Below are positions 1-11,070 of a DNA stretch of 64,000 nucleotides, piece after piece (position 1 is the stretch's first letter; every line of letters begins with the position of its first letter). The notes under the pieces are model-generated. The model was not told where the DNA came from and did not search any database. It worked only from the letters and a program-made list of their open reading frames with translations. The translations under genes were made by a program, and so were the position numbers. The DNA is from Mytilus californianus (lineage: Eukaryota), in assembly GCF_021869535.1 (NCBI RefSeq), contig NW_026262672.1, forward strand, positions 1,116,001 through 1,180,000. Reading direction: 5' to 3'.

Positions 1-400
1 TCGTCATGTGTGCATATACGAGTCATGAGTGCACAAAAACAATTTTTCGACAAAAACTGATAGCAAGTTATAATACTTTAATGTTCATGACTTATGAGTA
101 TTTTTCTTGTTAAATTTCTAGTGAAATTGATTGTTGAGCGGCTTTTTACAAAAATACAAATACCGAAAAAAAGAATATTGGGTAAACGTAAATGGACAAC
201 AACCCAACGAGAAAAATAAAATTTTAAATAAAGTAATAATATAAGTTTACAAATACGTACTATGTGCATTTAATAAATCAACGTTTGAACTTATCATTAT
301 CATTTTATTTTATTTGTAATTTTATTTTTATGTATATTTAATGTTACCCGATATGGAGTCCTCTTAAAGATAAAATTCACTTGAATTGGTATTTCTGGTG

Positions 401-1756
401 TGTATATGTTACAGGGAATTTGTACAATCAGGGATTTTGTAAAATCAATGGACTAATCAGTGATTTTTTTAAAATCGCTAACAGTTTCAGTGGTTTTGTA
501 AAATCCCTGAAATTATCTGGGATTTTACAAAATCACTGAAAATAGAGCTAGAGAATTTGTAAAATCCCTGATTACAATTAAGTATAACTTGCTATTTGAA
601 ATGTGTTTTTCTTAATATAAAAATAGAGTTATCATCACTAATGATTTTGAAATATAGTTGTTTAATAAACACTATGAGCTAGAACTAGTGTATAATGATA
701 ATGTCTAAAAGGCATATAAACGGATATTTAGACCACTGTAAATTTACTTATTTTTGCATGGCAAGTTTGGGTGACATCTATTGTTGCATAATTGCCCTGC
801 TTTTCGATGCATGTCTGTATCAAATCAACCAAAGTAAAACTTTTTTATTTTTGCTTGGTTAGAACCTATTCATAAACATGCAAGTACAAAACAAAGAATT
901 TTACCTATATTTTCTGTTGTCTTTTTTTATTATTATTTTGTGAATATAAATGTTATTTTGTAGGCAGCAAATTAATGATACAACACTTATTTGCTTTTTA
1001 TGTATCAATTTTCATGCAGCAATAAGATGCTCTTGCTCTGAAAATGCATGTAATATTTGCCACTGGATCACATAGCCTAACCCACTCAATTTCTTATACC
1101 TAACATATGTGTTTTTCTTCTTTTATGACAGCAATCAACCTAATGATCCGTTTTTATATTTGATTTTTAAAAATTTGATATAATTGGTTTTATTTTTTAC
1201 AGTAATTACAGAAAAATATAATAAACAGTAACTTTCTTTCAAACAAGGTAGTGATAAGAGCTTGTTTTGTCTTCTTTCTGTGGCTCATTGACAACATGTT
1301 CCAAAATTTCATCATATTTTCCCCGGTTCCATATGTTGCACTTTAATTTTACCTCAATTATTTGAAGTAATTTTTGTTTGTATTTTTGCTCTTGATTTAA
1401 AGACATCTGTACCTGAGCCTTTTTCTACAGTATGTCAGTTGTATAGTGCATGCAAACTGCTCACTTAGTATTAAAATAAAGGCTAGGTTAACTTCAAACT
1501 TATTGAGTGTTACTATTGTAGGTTTTTTTCACAGAAATTCTTAATAAAAATGAATGAATTTATTTTACCAATTCCCTGAATTTAATTCAGTGAATCTGTA
1601 AAAAAAATCTTAATTATTTCAGGGATTTTGTAAAATCACTAGTTAAAATCAGGGATTTTATAAAATTACTAATCAGTTCAGTGATTTTACAAATTCCCTG
1701 AAATTTCAGTGATTTTACAAAATCCCTGATTTCACAAATTCCCAGTAACATATACA
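401..1756. mobile_element. Non-autonomous TIR (foldback-like) DNA element with subterminal near-palindromic repeats
   Basis: Left end TGTATATGTTACAGGGAATTTGTACAATCAGGGATTTTGTAAAATCA (401-) is the reverse complement, with few mismatches, of the right end ending ...ATTCCCAGTAACATATACA (-1756). Both arms (about 403-575 and 1570-1754) carry repeated CAGGGATTTTGTAAAATC(A/C)CTGA units. A TA or TATA TSD is possible. Confidence 0.75.
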
Positions 1757-2750
1757 TGTATCACACGTTCTATCTACATGTACAATATACAGAAATGACA
1801 CGGCTGGGTATTGTAAAGTTACTGAAAGAAGATTAATGTCAAATTCATATCCCCGGGCGAAGAAATTACCGCTTTGTCAGAACGGTTAGGTGTTATTTGT
1901 TCCAACTACCATATTGAAAATGTTTAAATCGCGCCCATCTCTTCTTTTCTTATACAGGCGCGGATCCAGAGCTTGAAGCGGGGTGGGGGGTGTTTGTGAG
2001 AAATGTTTTTGAACACTAGAGAAGTTTTCTTGTTATACCAAACAATATTTTTTTCAATAATTGGCAACCTTTTTGTTCATCCGGCATATGGTTACTCTAA
2101 ATAAACTCTTTAGATTAGTTTAATTATTTATTTACAGATCTTATCTACCCGTTTTGCAACGGTACGTCTAAACACCGCTCAGGACCTCCTGAGTGCAGTC
2201 AGGACATACAAAGTGCACTCAGGACATGAAATAGTTGTTTTAGTGAGTAGTGAAGGTATGCATTCGATAGATAATTTAATTCTTCATCTTATAATTTTTG
2301 TTTTGATAAAATCAATTTAATATTTAAGAAGTTATTGAAGTTTTCATTGGCACGCGCCGATTTTATGAAATATGTCAGGCATGACCGATGATTATATTGA
2401 ATATCAATTATCATGTTGATTAGGTCGTTCGATCTTTAATAATTAGGAGTGATTAGTGATGGTACTTACCTCATACAAGTAAGCTTGACAAACAAACAAA
2501 ACCAAGATGTCTTTTGAAAAATATAGAACAATGAAGATATATTGTTTTAGAAAAAAATGAATTTGTCTCCGTTTTCTGAAAATTATCATATTTGGGTATT
2601 ATTTCTAAACTTTTGTAAGTAAGATTGTAGTATGATTCTAAACTAAATTAAAACAATGATTTTTTATTGTAAAACAAATGAAAAAAAATGTTTAATTTTG
2701 TTTCTCAGTTCTTCCAATGTTTATTTTTGACAGTTTACTGTCCTAAATAA

Positions 2751-3038
2751 GTGCTATCGTATATTGAACTCTCGCCATTTATCATATTTTACTGTAAAAA
2801 AAATTATGAACATTTAGGTCCGTACAGAAAACATGATGTATCATTTCAATGTTGGTTTTCGAAAACAAAAGAACAGCGAGAAAGACTATTTCGGAAACTG
2901 TTGATTGACACGAAATCCGTTCAAACCACGACTAAGTCTTCGTGCACATATTTTGAATTGCCAAAACCCCAGAAACTTGCTCGTAAGCCAAACCAAAGAA
3001 AAAAACCAAGGACAGCATGTACGCAGCCAAGATATTAG
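2751..3038 (+). pseudogene. Possible C-terminal remnant of the transposase of the 2160-4885 element
   Basis: 95-codon ORF inside the TIR element with protein-like composition (WFSKTKEQRERLFRKLL...KLARKPNQRKKPR, basic NLS-like end). No catalytic motif recognised. Confidence 0.3.
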
Positions 3039-3666
3039 ACTTAGCAGAGACATTGTATTATATGTCTCTGGACTTAGCAAATCATATAAATAAATTCATC
3101 TAAATATTGTCATTGTAAATATTGTACATAATTGTCTTCTCTATACTATGTATATGGTTTATTGAGAATAAAGATATACAAATTCAATAAAATTTGATAT
3201 TCAGTAAACATTGGTTTTGTTTATTAAGTTGATTTGGAGAGAGAGAAAAAAAAATCCCAAAGAAAAACAAAAATCGAACTTGTTACAGAAAAACGGCAAC
3301 TATAAAATGACACGATTTTTTTATTTTCTTTATGCATGAACTGCAGACCACAACAAAATTAATTTAGCCGTCATCATGAAAAATAAACTGAAAAAGTACA
3401 TCGAATAATACCCAAATATGATTATTTAAATACAATTAATTACAACAATGATGAAGTAGAGCAGAATATAATGGTACAACAGTGCCAGCGTTCTGAAGAT
3501 CCATCTATAGGTATCCATAGAAATGTTTTTTTTTTCTTTTTTTCTCCATAAACGTAAAATTTACTATGCATAATTTAAATTTAACTACATTAAACAATCC
3601 CTTAAAACTTAAAACATCGTGTTATTAATTTTAAACGTAACACTGTAGTAACAACACAATTCATAA

Positions 3667-4608
3667 ACAATTCTTTTATTTGCGGACGATACTGTGGTCT
3701 ATTTGACAATTTCATCAGACAGCGACTGCCATAAACTCCAAGAAGACCTGGACAAACTGGCAAAATGGGAAGAACTCTGGAAAATGGAGTTCCATCCTGA
3801 AAAATGTAGTGTCCTCACAGTTACAAAAAAGAAAAAGCCAACCAAGTGGGACTATAAACTCCACGGCCATACTCTGGTGCATGAAACATTAACTAAATAC
3901 CTAGGCTGCACCATCGCAAATGATCTAGATTGGGGAGAACATATAAACAACATCACTGGAAAAGCCAGCCGAAGCCTTGGTTTCCTACATCGAAACCTCC
4001 ACATTAGCTCAAAATCCATCAAAGAGCATGCCTATAAAATATTAGGAAGACCGCAAATGGAATACGCCACGACAGTATGGGACCCGTTCCAGCAAAACCA
4101 CATAGATAAAATTGAAAAGGTACAAAGAAGAGCTGCACGATATGTAACCAGCAGACATAGAAATAGATCAAGTGTCAGCAACATGATAAATGAATTAGGA
4201 TGGAAAAGCTTACAAACAAGACGAAAAGAAGCACGACTCATCATGTGTTACAAAATAACAAACGACCTTGTAGCCATAGACAAGAATAAATATCTACAAA
4301 AACCAACAAGAAGCTCAAACCGGACAGGACAACATACTTACCTATTACAGCCAGCCACCAAAGACTGTAGGAAATGGTCCTTCTTCATAAACACCGTCAA
4401 GGATTGGAACAAACTGCCACCAGATACCGCCACAGCAAAGTCTCTTGAGATATTCAAGTCTCAAGTCACCAAAACCACAAACTAAATCAACAGAACAATT
4501 TGTTTTTATCCTGTTTTTAACCTGTTTTTAATCATGCGCAACTTGCCAGAATATTCATCATGTTGAATGTGGGCAGTATTTGGAAGAAGAAGAAGAAGAA
4601 GAAGAAGA
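3667..4608 (+). mobile_element. 5'-truncated non-LTR retrotransposon (CR1 group, L2/Crack/Daphne-like) with (GAA)n tail
   Basis: RT C-terminal ORF, about 100-nt 3' UTR, then a (GAA) microsatellite tail at about 4583-4608. A possible weak TSD ACAAC lies at 3651-3655 and 4608-4612. Confidence 0.9.
3679..4485 (+). CDS. Reverse transcriptase C-terminal fragment (catalytic FADD motif plus thumb) of the LINE
   Basis: The frame begins TTT GCG GAC GAT (FADD, 3679-3690) just upstream of the listed ORF. It continues W-MEFHPEKC, KYLG, RP-MEYA--VWDP and KIEKVQRRAARYV, uninterrupted to TAA at 4483-4485. Confidence 0.9.
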   Translation, partial: FADDTVVYLTISSDSDCHKLQEDLDKLAKWEELWKMEFHPEKCSVLTVTKKKKPTKWDYKLHGHTLVHETLTKYLGCTIANDLDWGEHINNITGKASRSLGFLHRNLHISSKSIKEHAYKILGRPQMEYATTVWDPFQQNHIDKIEKVQRRAARYVTSRHRNRSSVSNMINELGWKSLQTRRKEARLIMCYKITNDLVAIDKNKYLQKPTRSSNRTGQHTYLLQPATKDCRKWSFFINTVKDWNKLPPDTATAKSLEIFKSQVTKTTN

Positions 4609-6139
4609 CAACGATAAAGATAATCCAATCAATTTTGTTGATTGAATAATTCACGGCTCAGTAGTTGTGTAATCAGTGACACGTGCCTTCATTATTTTAT
4701 AAGAATTGACATATCTATCTAAGTTCGATTTCAAATTCTACCAAAATTTAACTCTTAAATAAGAAGCGTGTAACGAATATATACAGCCACCCTGTGTGCA
4801 AATACGATGCATATAAAGGGTCCTGAGTGCACTTTGTATGTCCTTAGTGCACTCAGGAGGTCCTGAGCAGTGTTTAGACGTACCCGTTTTGCAATTGCTG
4901 TATTACCCCTTGCATCTATTCCACTAGCCGCGTCTTATCATGTGTGTTGATAAAGTTTTGTGATCTTAATAAGGCTGTTTAGTGGTATTTTTTTGTTTGT
5001 TTGTGAGATTAACATTCACCCAATTCTGAACGTGTTTTTTTAACAAACTGTCCGGGATTGTCGTCAGTAGCGAACAAAACGCAAAATTTGCAATAAATTC
5101 CGTCCTGTGAAGTTGAATAGACAATGCATGGGAAATAGTGCAGCCACGCATATTAGAAGCATCTTTTTAATCCGTAAATTTCACGTTTATGAAAAGGAAA
5201 AGAACTAGGTGGATTCCAGTTTTAATTTAGAATGCTATACATTTGAGCACTAGGTACAGATGTGGAAATAAAGTTTGCAATATCCTTAGATTCAGCAGGT
5301 GTCATTTTCTAAAAAAAATCTTATGTATATGATAGGGTGAAAAAGTTTTTTTCTTCAAATCAAGCTAACAAAAAACGTCGTTTTAATCATAAAAATACAA
5401 AGAAATAAAATATAGGGATAGCTGTCTTTGATTGTCTTAATTAAATCCTTTGATCCTCTAATTATCAAGTTACCCTCAAGCCAATGTAATTATGACATGT
5501 GTATATTTAAAGGAGTGTAGCGACAACGTGTCACCCTATTCAGTGCTGGATATTCAATTTATAGTAAAGATAACATTAAAACAAGAAATGGTAAATACAA
5601 AAATTAATTTAAAATTTTCAAGCGGTGGTGGGGGAGGGGTTGCGAACCCCCCCAACCCCCAACCCCCCTAAATCCGCTAGTGTTATAGTATAAATCGCAC
5701 CAATAAATGGAACTTAATTGTGTCATATTTACCTCCAAACGATTAACCTACATGGCCCGAGAACACAATTATTTCGTAGTGCATTTCTTTTAGACAATAA
5801 ATTCAAATTAAAAAATCGCACCTGCTCTATCTCAAAAAGATTTTTACAGTGTAGTGTACTACTAGTGGGACAAATAATATCAAAATTATAGAAACTTCTA
5901 CCAGCTCTAACTCAAAATGTTGACAATTCTGTGTTAAGGGGGTCTTAAGTTCAGTTTGACAGCTTCAGACGTAATAAAATTTGACCTTTTTTTAACTGGA
6001 CCAAATCACTACTTAACATAAAGATTCAGCACCTAAATTTTTTTAACATGTAATTTCATCCCCCTACTTAATATTTCATGCATTAAATATCAAGAAATAA
6101 ATTGGGAAAGTGTATTAAATAAAAAATGCAAGTTATACA

Positions 6140-6287
6140 GAGTGGCGGATCCAGAAATTTTCATAAGTGGGGGCCTACTGACTGCCTTAGAGGGTCATGC
6201 TTCAGTTATTCCCTATATAATCAACCAAATTTTTCCCAGAAAAGGGGGGCCCGGACCCCCTGGGCCCTCCCCCTAAATCCGCCTCTG
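6140..6287. mobile_element. Short GGCGGATCCAG-family MITE with 5-bp TSD (ATACA)
   Basis: GAGTGGCGGATCCAG...CTAAATCCGCCTCTG; ATACA at 6135-6139 and 6288-6292; about 80% similar by eye to 43415-43582. Confidence 0.75.
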
Positions 6288-8234
6288 ATACACTGTTCAC
6301 ACTAGGGACTATATTCGTAGACAATGAAAACCAAAGGACGATAACTGTGTCCCTGTACCACATGTAACATTAGAATACTCACTTGAAAGGATGACTGATT
6401 TTTTTTTTTAAAAGATAAGAGTCTGATATAGGGCCTGATAGCTGTCGTGGTTGTGAAGATTATAAATTCCGCCAGGCTTTTATAGGGAAAAATGGAGAAA
6501 TTATAAATGGAAATATAATGCACGCTGTTTAATCATGCTTTTCAAGGCTATTTACCGTACACAATCATTTTGAATGGTGAATAAGATCATATAGTTTTAG
6601 ATGAATTAAGCACTCAGAAACTAGCTCGTAAAAAGGAGGAGGAAATCCAGTTTTTTCAGTAAATATCAAAGTAAAAGTATATAAGTCTATAACATTTGCG
6701 CAATTGTATACTTGTTTTATTGACGCAAATGAATGCTGCAGTTTTCAAAATATAGTGACGCAAAAGAAGAATTGGCGTTATTAAGTTGTGGCAAAAATTG
6801 ATTCTTTTTCTGTGCAAATGGATATCGGCCTTTAAAACACCGTTTGTACACTAACAAACGTGTATTTATCTTTTACGCTGTCTAGCATGGGATTAAAGTT
6901 TTGGCAATTTGTGTAGGATTTTAATTTTAGAAAGTAACGAACAAGTAAGAAGATCGTCAAAAACCTGAAGTGTATCGGAAAATGAGCTATGCACGATAAA
7001 AGAAAATAGTCTGGTGCGTCGATATGAAATTTTACAAAGGCATGCATTATTTGTAAAATTGAATTAGTCTATTAATAACAACCATTTGTAGAACTGATTC
7101 TTTTGATCCTTCAAATATGTGTAAAATATTCTTTGATAGTTTCTTTCATATATACAATTATTGCAGTATGCTTATAAATACTGTAGATTTGTATTTGATC
7201 ATTGATTGCATGCATAATGTCCAGTGACAAATACTTCATGAGTTCGTACAAAGAACACATCAAAAACTTTTAAACTACATTTGATTGGTTATTTAAGGTG
7301 ATTCGATCTTGATGATATGCATGAAAGTTTGTGAAGCTTATCTCTGAAATAAAGAAATCTAAAAAAAAAGGAAGAGTTATTTTTTTCTTCTTCTGTATTT
7401 TACTCATACATGAACTTGAGCACTTTTTACAGTCAAAATAACAGTTTTAACACCGACAGCAGCAATTACAAGCGACGCTGGTTCCATATAAGTTTTCACG
7501 AATTTTTATAAATCCCTGACCATCTTCGGTTTATATTAGACTCTGATATTGAGGGGAACATATACTACCATGGATGTCTTGTCTTTTTTAATACATTTAG
7601 ATATAAAAGGTGTATCTCATATAAAGCCTCATTTATAGAACATTATATATAATATTGTGTCAAGGAAATATTTGGATCAAAGAAATATTTGGAGGAGGAG
7701 GAAGAGGAGAGAGAGAGGGAGAGACTAATATTTTTCGCGGTATTTGGTCTCGTGTTACTCATGTCAAAATGTGATGGAAGGAAATGTTTCCCCTTCGTTT
7801 TCTATAGCAGGGTATTCCATAGTGTAATTATATTAGTTACAGTTTTTTTTCTATCGGTAAGAAATGGTATACAGTTCGAAATCTAATTATCTACATTAAG
7901 TTATAGTACATTTAAAGTAAGTTTATTGCATTGCTAAACGCTTCTCAATCAAGATAAAACGTTTACAACCAATACTATTTTTTGCGACTGAATAAATTTT
8001 ATTTAGAACAGATAGTTCACGTTCCATTGAACTAAGGGTATTGTTTAGGTTTTTTTTTAATTTTATAATGATCGAATTTGAAATGTTATTAACACAATGA
8101 TTCAAAATTACAAAAAGACATAAAAAATTACGCAATTAGTATAAAACAAAAATTATAATAATTAAGATAACTTATTTGCATTAATTATTTAATTAACAAG
8201 TGAAATGTTATCAATCCAATCTTTCCAATCTAAT

Positions 8235-8365
8235 ATAGTCCAAAGGGTGACAGGTGTATAGAAATATGGTCACTACAGGTCTTCTTCCGGCTGGCAGTAA
8301 AGAACAACCATGGCAAAGAGGTGCATCCATTTGGTTGTTCGGGATATACAAGTACGCAACCAACT
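8235..8365 (+). repeat. Fragment of SINE-like family D
   Basis: CCAAAGGGTGAC...AGAAATATGGTCACT is the reverse complement of the GTGACCATATTTCTATT...GTCACCCTTGG block seen at 52035 and 56135. Confidence 0.6.
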
Positions 8366-8469
8366 ATAAATCAATCCAATCTAATAATTGTTTTTTTTTT
8401 ATCCCGCATTTTTTTTTTTATAATAAATTAAAAAATAAAATAATTGAAATAATTTTCTGAAATAAAAAC

Positions 8470-8820
8470 CTAATATATATATCATACGCTTTACAAAACG
8501 ATATGCCACATGATAGATGAAACGTTAAACGATATCATATACCATATACGATAAACGAATGCTAAACGCTAAACGCCAAACCATACCATGTACCATACGA
8601 CAAATCAAACGCTTTACGATACCATGATGCAAACGATATACTGAACCCTAAACGATGACATTTACCATACGATACACGAACGATGAACGAACGCTGACCG
8701 AACGTTGTACGTACGCTATACGAATGATGCACGAACGATGACCGAACTCTATACGAACGATTCCCGCACGCTGTACGTACGATTTCCGAACGAAAAAAGT
8801 GTTAACTTTTACGTTACAGG
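8470..8820. repeat. ACGAT/AACGA-rich degenerate short-repeat tract (probable subterminal region of a DNA element)
   Basis: Dense AACGA/ACGAT/ATACG words in AT-rich DNA, ending ...TTTTACGTTA; a related tract at 44955-45240 ends ...CTTACGTTA. Confidence 0.5.
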
Positions 8821-9289
8821 GACTGTATTGCCTTTGGACAGATAAAATAAATGCAACGTGGGGGACATTGCAACTCTGTTCTTTTATTTATCTTTAAAAA
8901 GTTTTAAAATGTAATGACAAAAATTTAGAACCTTTGAAATTTATATGAATAGTATTTAGCTAACCTTGTATAATTGTCTGAGGACTGGCTATCCGTCCAC
9001 CTGAGGAAAGCCGAGCTTTTCAACATTAAGGTTAGTGCATCTGCCACATACCTACAATACCATGTATTGCTCCATTCCGGTTACATTGGAAGTTGATATT
9101 ATTAAAGTTGTATTGGGGACTTAAATTATATATTTTGTTTATACTGTTTTAGTTTCATTGACTTTAGATTATTTTAGCGTTATTATATTTGGCATCAATC
9201 GTCAATCAGTCAGTTAGCTGGTATTAGCTGTGGTCTGCACCCCCGAATCCTAAGCAGAACTATTCCTGCTACAAATTTTACTGTGCGTA

Positions 9290-9646
9290 TTGCTGTGGGT
9301 TTTGTTTATTCTACATTGGCTAGAGGTATAGGGGAAGGGTAGAGATCTCACAAAACATGTTTAACCCCGCCGCATTTTTGCGCCTGTCCCAAGTCAGGAT
9401 ACTCTGGCCTTTGTTAGTCTTGTATGTTTTTTTAATTTTAGTTCATTTATATGTTTCGGAGTTTAGTGTGTCGTTCATTTTCATTGAACTAGTACACATT
9501 TTTGTTTAGGGGCCAGCTGAAGCTCGCCTCCGGGTGCGGTATTTTCTCGCTGTGTTGAAGACCCATTGGTGGCCTTGGGCTGTTTTCTGCTCTTTGGTCG
9601 GGTTGTTGTCTCTTTGACACATTCCCTATTTCCATTCTCAATTTTA
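9290..9646 (+). repeat. Interspersed repeat family A (about 350 bp)
   Basis: TTTAACCCCGCCGCATTTTTGCGCCTGTCCCAAGTCAGG...TTTAGGGGCCAGCTGAAG...CTTTGACACATTCCC..TTTCCATTCTCAATTTT. Related full or partial copies at 15727-15825, 17614-17758, 22926-23068, 42205-42529 and 46052-46352. Confidence 0.85.
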
Positions 9647-9699
9647 TGGTCTTTTAAAAAACAGATGTTGACAAAAATATGTTTGTTGTTGATGTAAAA

Positions 9700-9945
9700 T
9701 TTGATTGAATGGTTGATGTTTGCTTAACTTTCAGTGGCAAATATTTCATGCATGTTCAGGACGAGAAAAAATTAACAATATATACAATAGGAAGCTCCTG
9801 TAATAGAGGGCGTCCGGATTGAAGGTCAGGGAAAATGGAGGTATATTTTTGAGATTACTGAGAGGCATCGGAATCAACGTCTCCATTCTGACCGGACGTT
9901 TACTGCCTTTCTGAAGATAACCAGAGTGACCATATTTGTATTGTC
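9700..9945 (-). repeat. Internally deleted copy of SINE-like family D
   Basis: TTGCTTAACTTTCAGTGGCAAATATTTCATGCATGTTCAGGACGAG...GGCATCGGAATCAACGTC...GTGACCATATTT matches 55760-56170. Confidence 0.65.
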
Positions 9946-10059
9946 CAGTCACAATGACTGTAGAAAATGTTAATTTACTTTGAAAGATTTAAAAGATTGT
10001 ATGTAGATAATCACTTCAGATTATTTGTTGATAACATCTTTCATTAATTGGTTTTTTCT

Positions 10060-10220
10060 AGTAAGCCTTAGTTGGTTATTGTTTTGCTAGATTTGTTAAG
10101 GTCCCTTTATATGTTTGGTGATTTAGCTGTTCAACTGTTTCAGTTCTTATACATTCTTGGTTTTCAAATATTCGGCTTTGAGCGTTCCCTTTGAAGGTAA
10201 ATCAAGAAAAGCGCTTCGGA
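10060..10220 (+). mobile_element. Decayed fragment of the 353-nt retrozyme family
   Basis: TTTCAAATATTCGGCTTTGAGCGTTCCCTTTGAAGGTAAATCAAGAAAAGCGCTTCGGA matches the family consensus, but the hammerhead core is mutated (CTGATGA to CTTTGA-like). Confidence 0.7.
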
Positions 10221-10419
10221 ATCTGGTTCCCGGTAATTTTAGCATCTCCTAAAAGGCATGGGAACCAGATAGCATATTTTTATGGACTTCTTTCACTTTG
10301 TTTTTTTAAAAGCACTCTAAATTTCAATCAAATCCGATGATCCCCCTTGTGGATTGTTTTGCATGATTTAGTAGTAAACTGGGTGTTGATAGCATTATCA
10401 TTTAAAAAAAAATGAAAAT

Positions 10420-10506
10420 AACACTTCATAAATTGCATGCATTCGAAGTGCTTTTCTGGATTTAACTTCATCAGGAATACCCAAAGATGAATATTTGAAA
10501 TCCAAG
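10420..10506 (-). mobile_element. Decayed retrozyme hammerhead fragment, inverted relative to 10060-10220
   Basis: The - strand reads GTATTC CTGATGA AGTTAAATCCA GAAA AGCACTTC GAATGC: core intact, stem III palindrome broken. Confidence 0.65.
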
Positions 10507-10639
10507 TTATATATATCGTTATTTAAAAAAAAAGTGGCTTCAGTGTTATTATTAGCTACTTACTATGGATTTGATATGTCATTCTTTAAGTGAAAAGCAA
10601 ATATTTGAATTCGATTTATTGCTTACCTGATCGTCGTCT

Positions 10640-11070
10640 TCAGTTAACTTTACCGAAATAAAAAAAGCGAGACTTAGGATTGCTGTTTCCGTCGGCGGCG
10701 GTGTTAACATAGTATAAGTTTGTGGTTAGGCCAGTCTATAGGAACCACAAGAGGTAGTTCCATGATATTCGAAATGCAGTTGTGTTATCATTGGCACATC
10801 TAACTGCCATGGAATTTATTTAACCCCGTTCCTTCAGTCATGGTCTAGTTAGTTCTAAACTTTTCTTAAGTTTACATGTATTAGTTTGTGATAAGGTCGG
10901 TTTATGGGGAACCACTAGTGGTTTGTCAATGGTATACCGTGTGCAGTTGTATTATTCTTGGCACACCCCATTTCCATGGATATTCATTAGCCTTCACCCC
11001 CTAGTCATGGCCTTTGGACATTGAAACTTTTACTAAGTTTGCATGTTTAAGTTGGTGATTATATCAGCCT
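10640..11070. mobile_element. Helentron-associated (HINE/pearl-like) element with about 167-bp internal tandem repeats
   Basis: Short head, GGCGGCGG microsatellite at about 10694, then diverged monomers starting GTTTGTGGTTAGG (10718), GTTTGTGATAAGG (10884) and GTTGGTGATTA (11051). This architecture is known for bivalve HINEs. Confidence 0.55.

Larger units (their letters stand above)
2160..4885. mobile_element. DNA transposon with about 65-bp TIRs and a 9-10-bp TSD (MULE/Merlin/hAT-like; superfamily unresolved)
   Basis: GGTACGTCTAAACACCGCTCAGGACCTCCTGAGTGCAGTCAGGACATACAAAGTGCACTCAGGAC at 2161-2225 is inverted, with about 4 mismatches, at about 4820-4884. (C)GTTTTGCAA is duplicated at 2150/2151-2159 and 4885/4886-4894. 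Confidence 0.85.
1955..5682. mobile_element. GGCGGATCCAG-family non-autonomous DNA element with 5-bp TSD, split by nested insertions
   Basis: Starts CAGGCGCGGATCCAG at 1955 and ends CTAAATCCGCTAGTG at 5682, the same end motifs as the short copies at 6140 and 43415. Flanked by TTATA at 1950-1954 and 5683-5687. Confidence 0.6.

Noticed and set aside
6690-7050. Possible - strand exon(s) of a neighbouring gene
   Set aside because: Open stretches exist in several frames, but there is no recognisable motif or consistent splice chain.
7689-7886. ORF MEEEEEERERER...
   Set aside because: Non-ATG start on a GA-rich simple repeat; no coding support.
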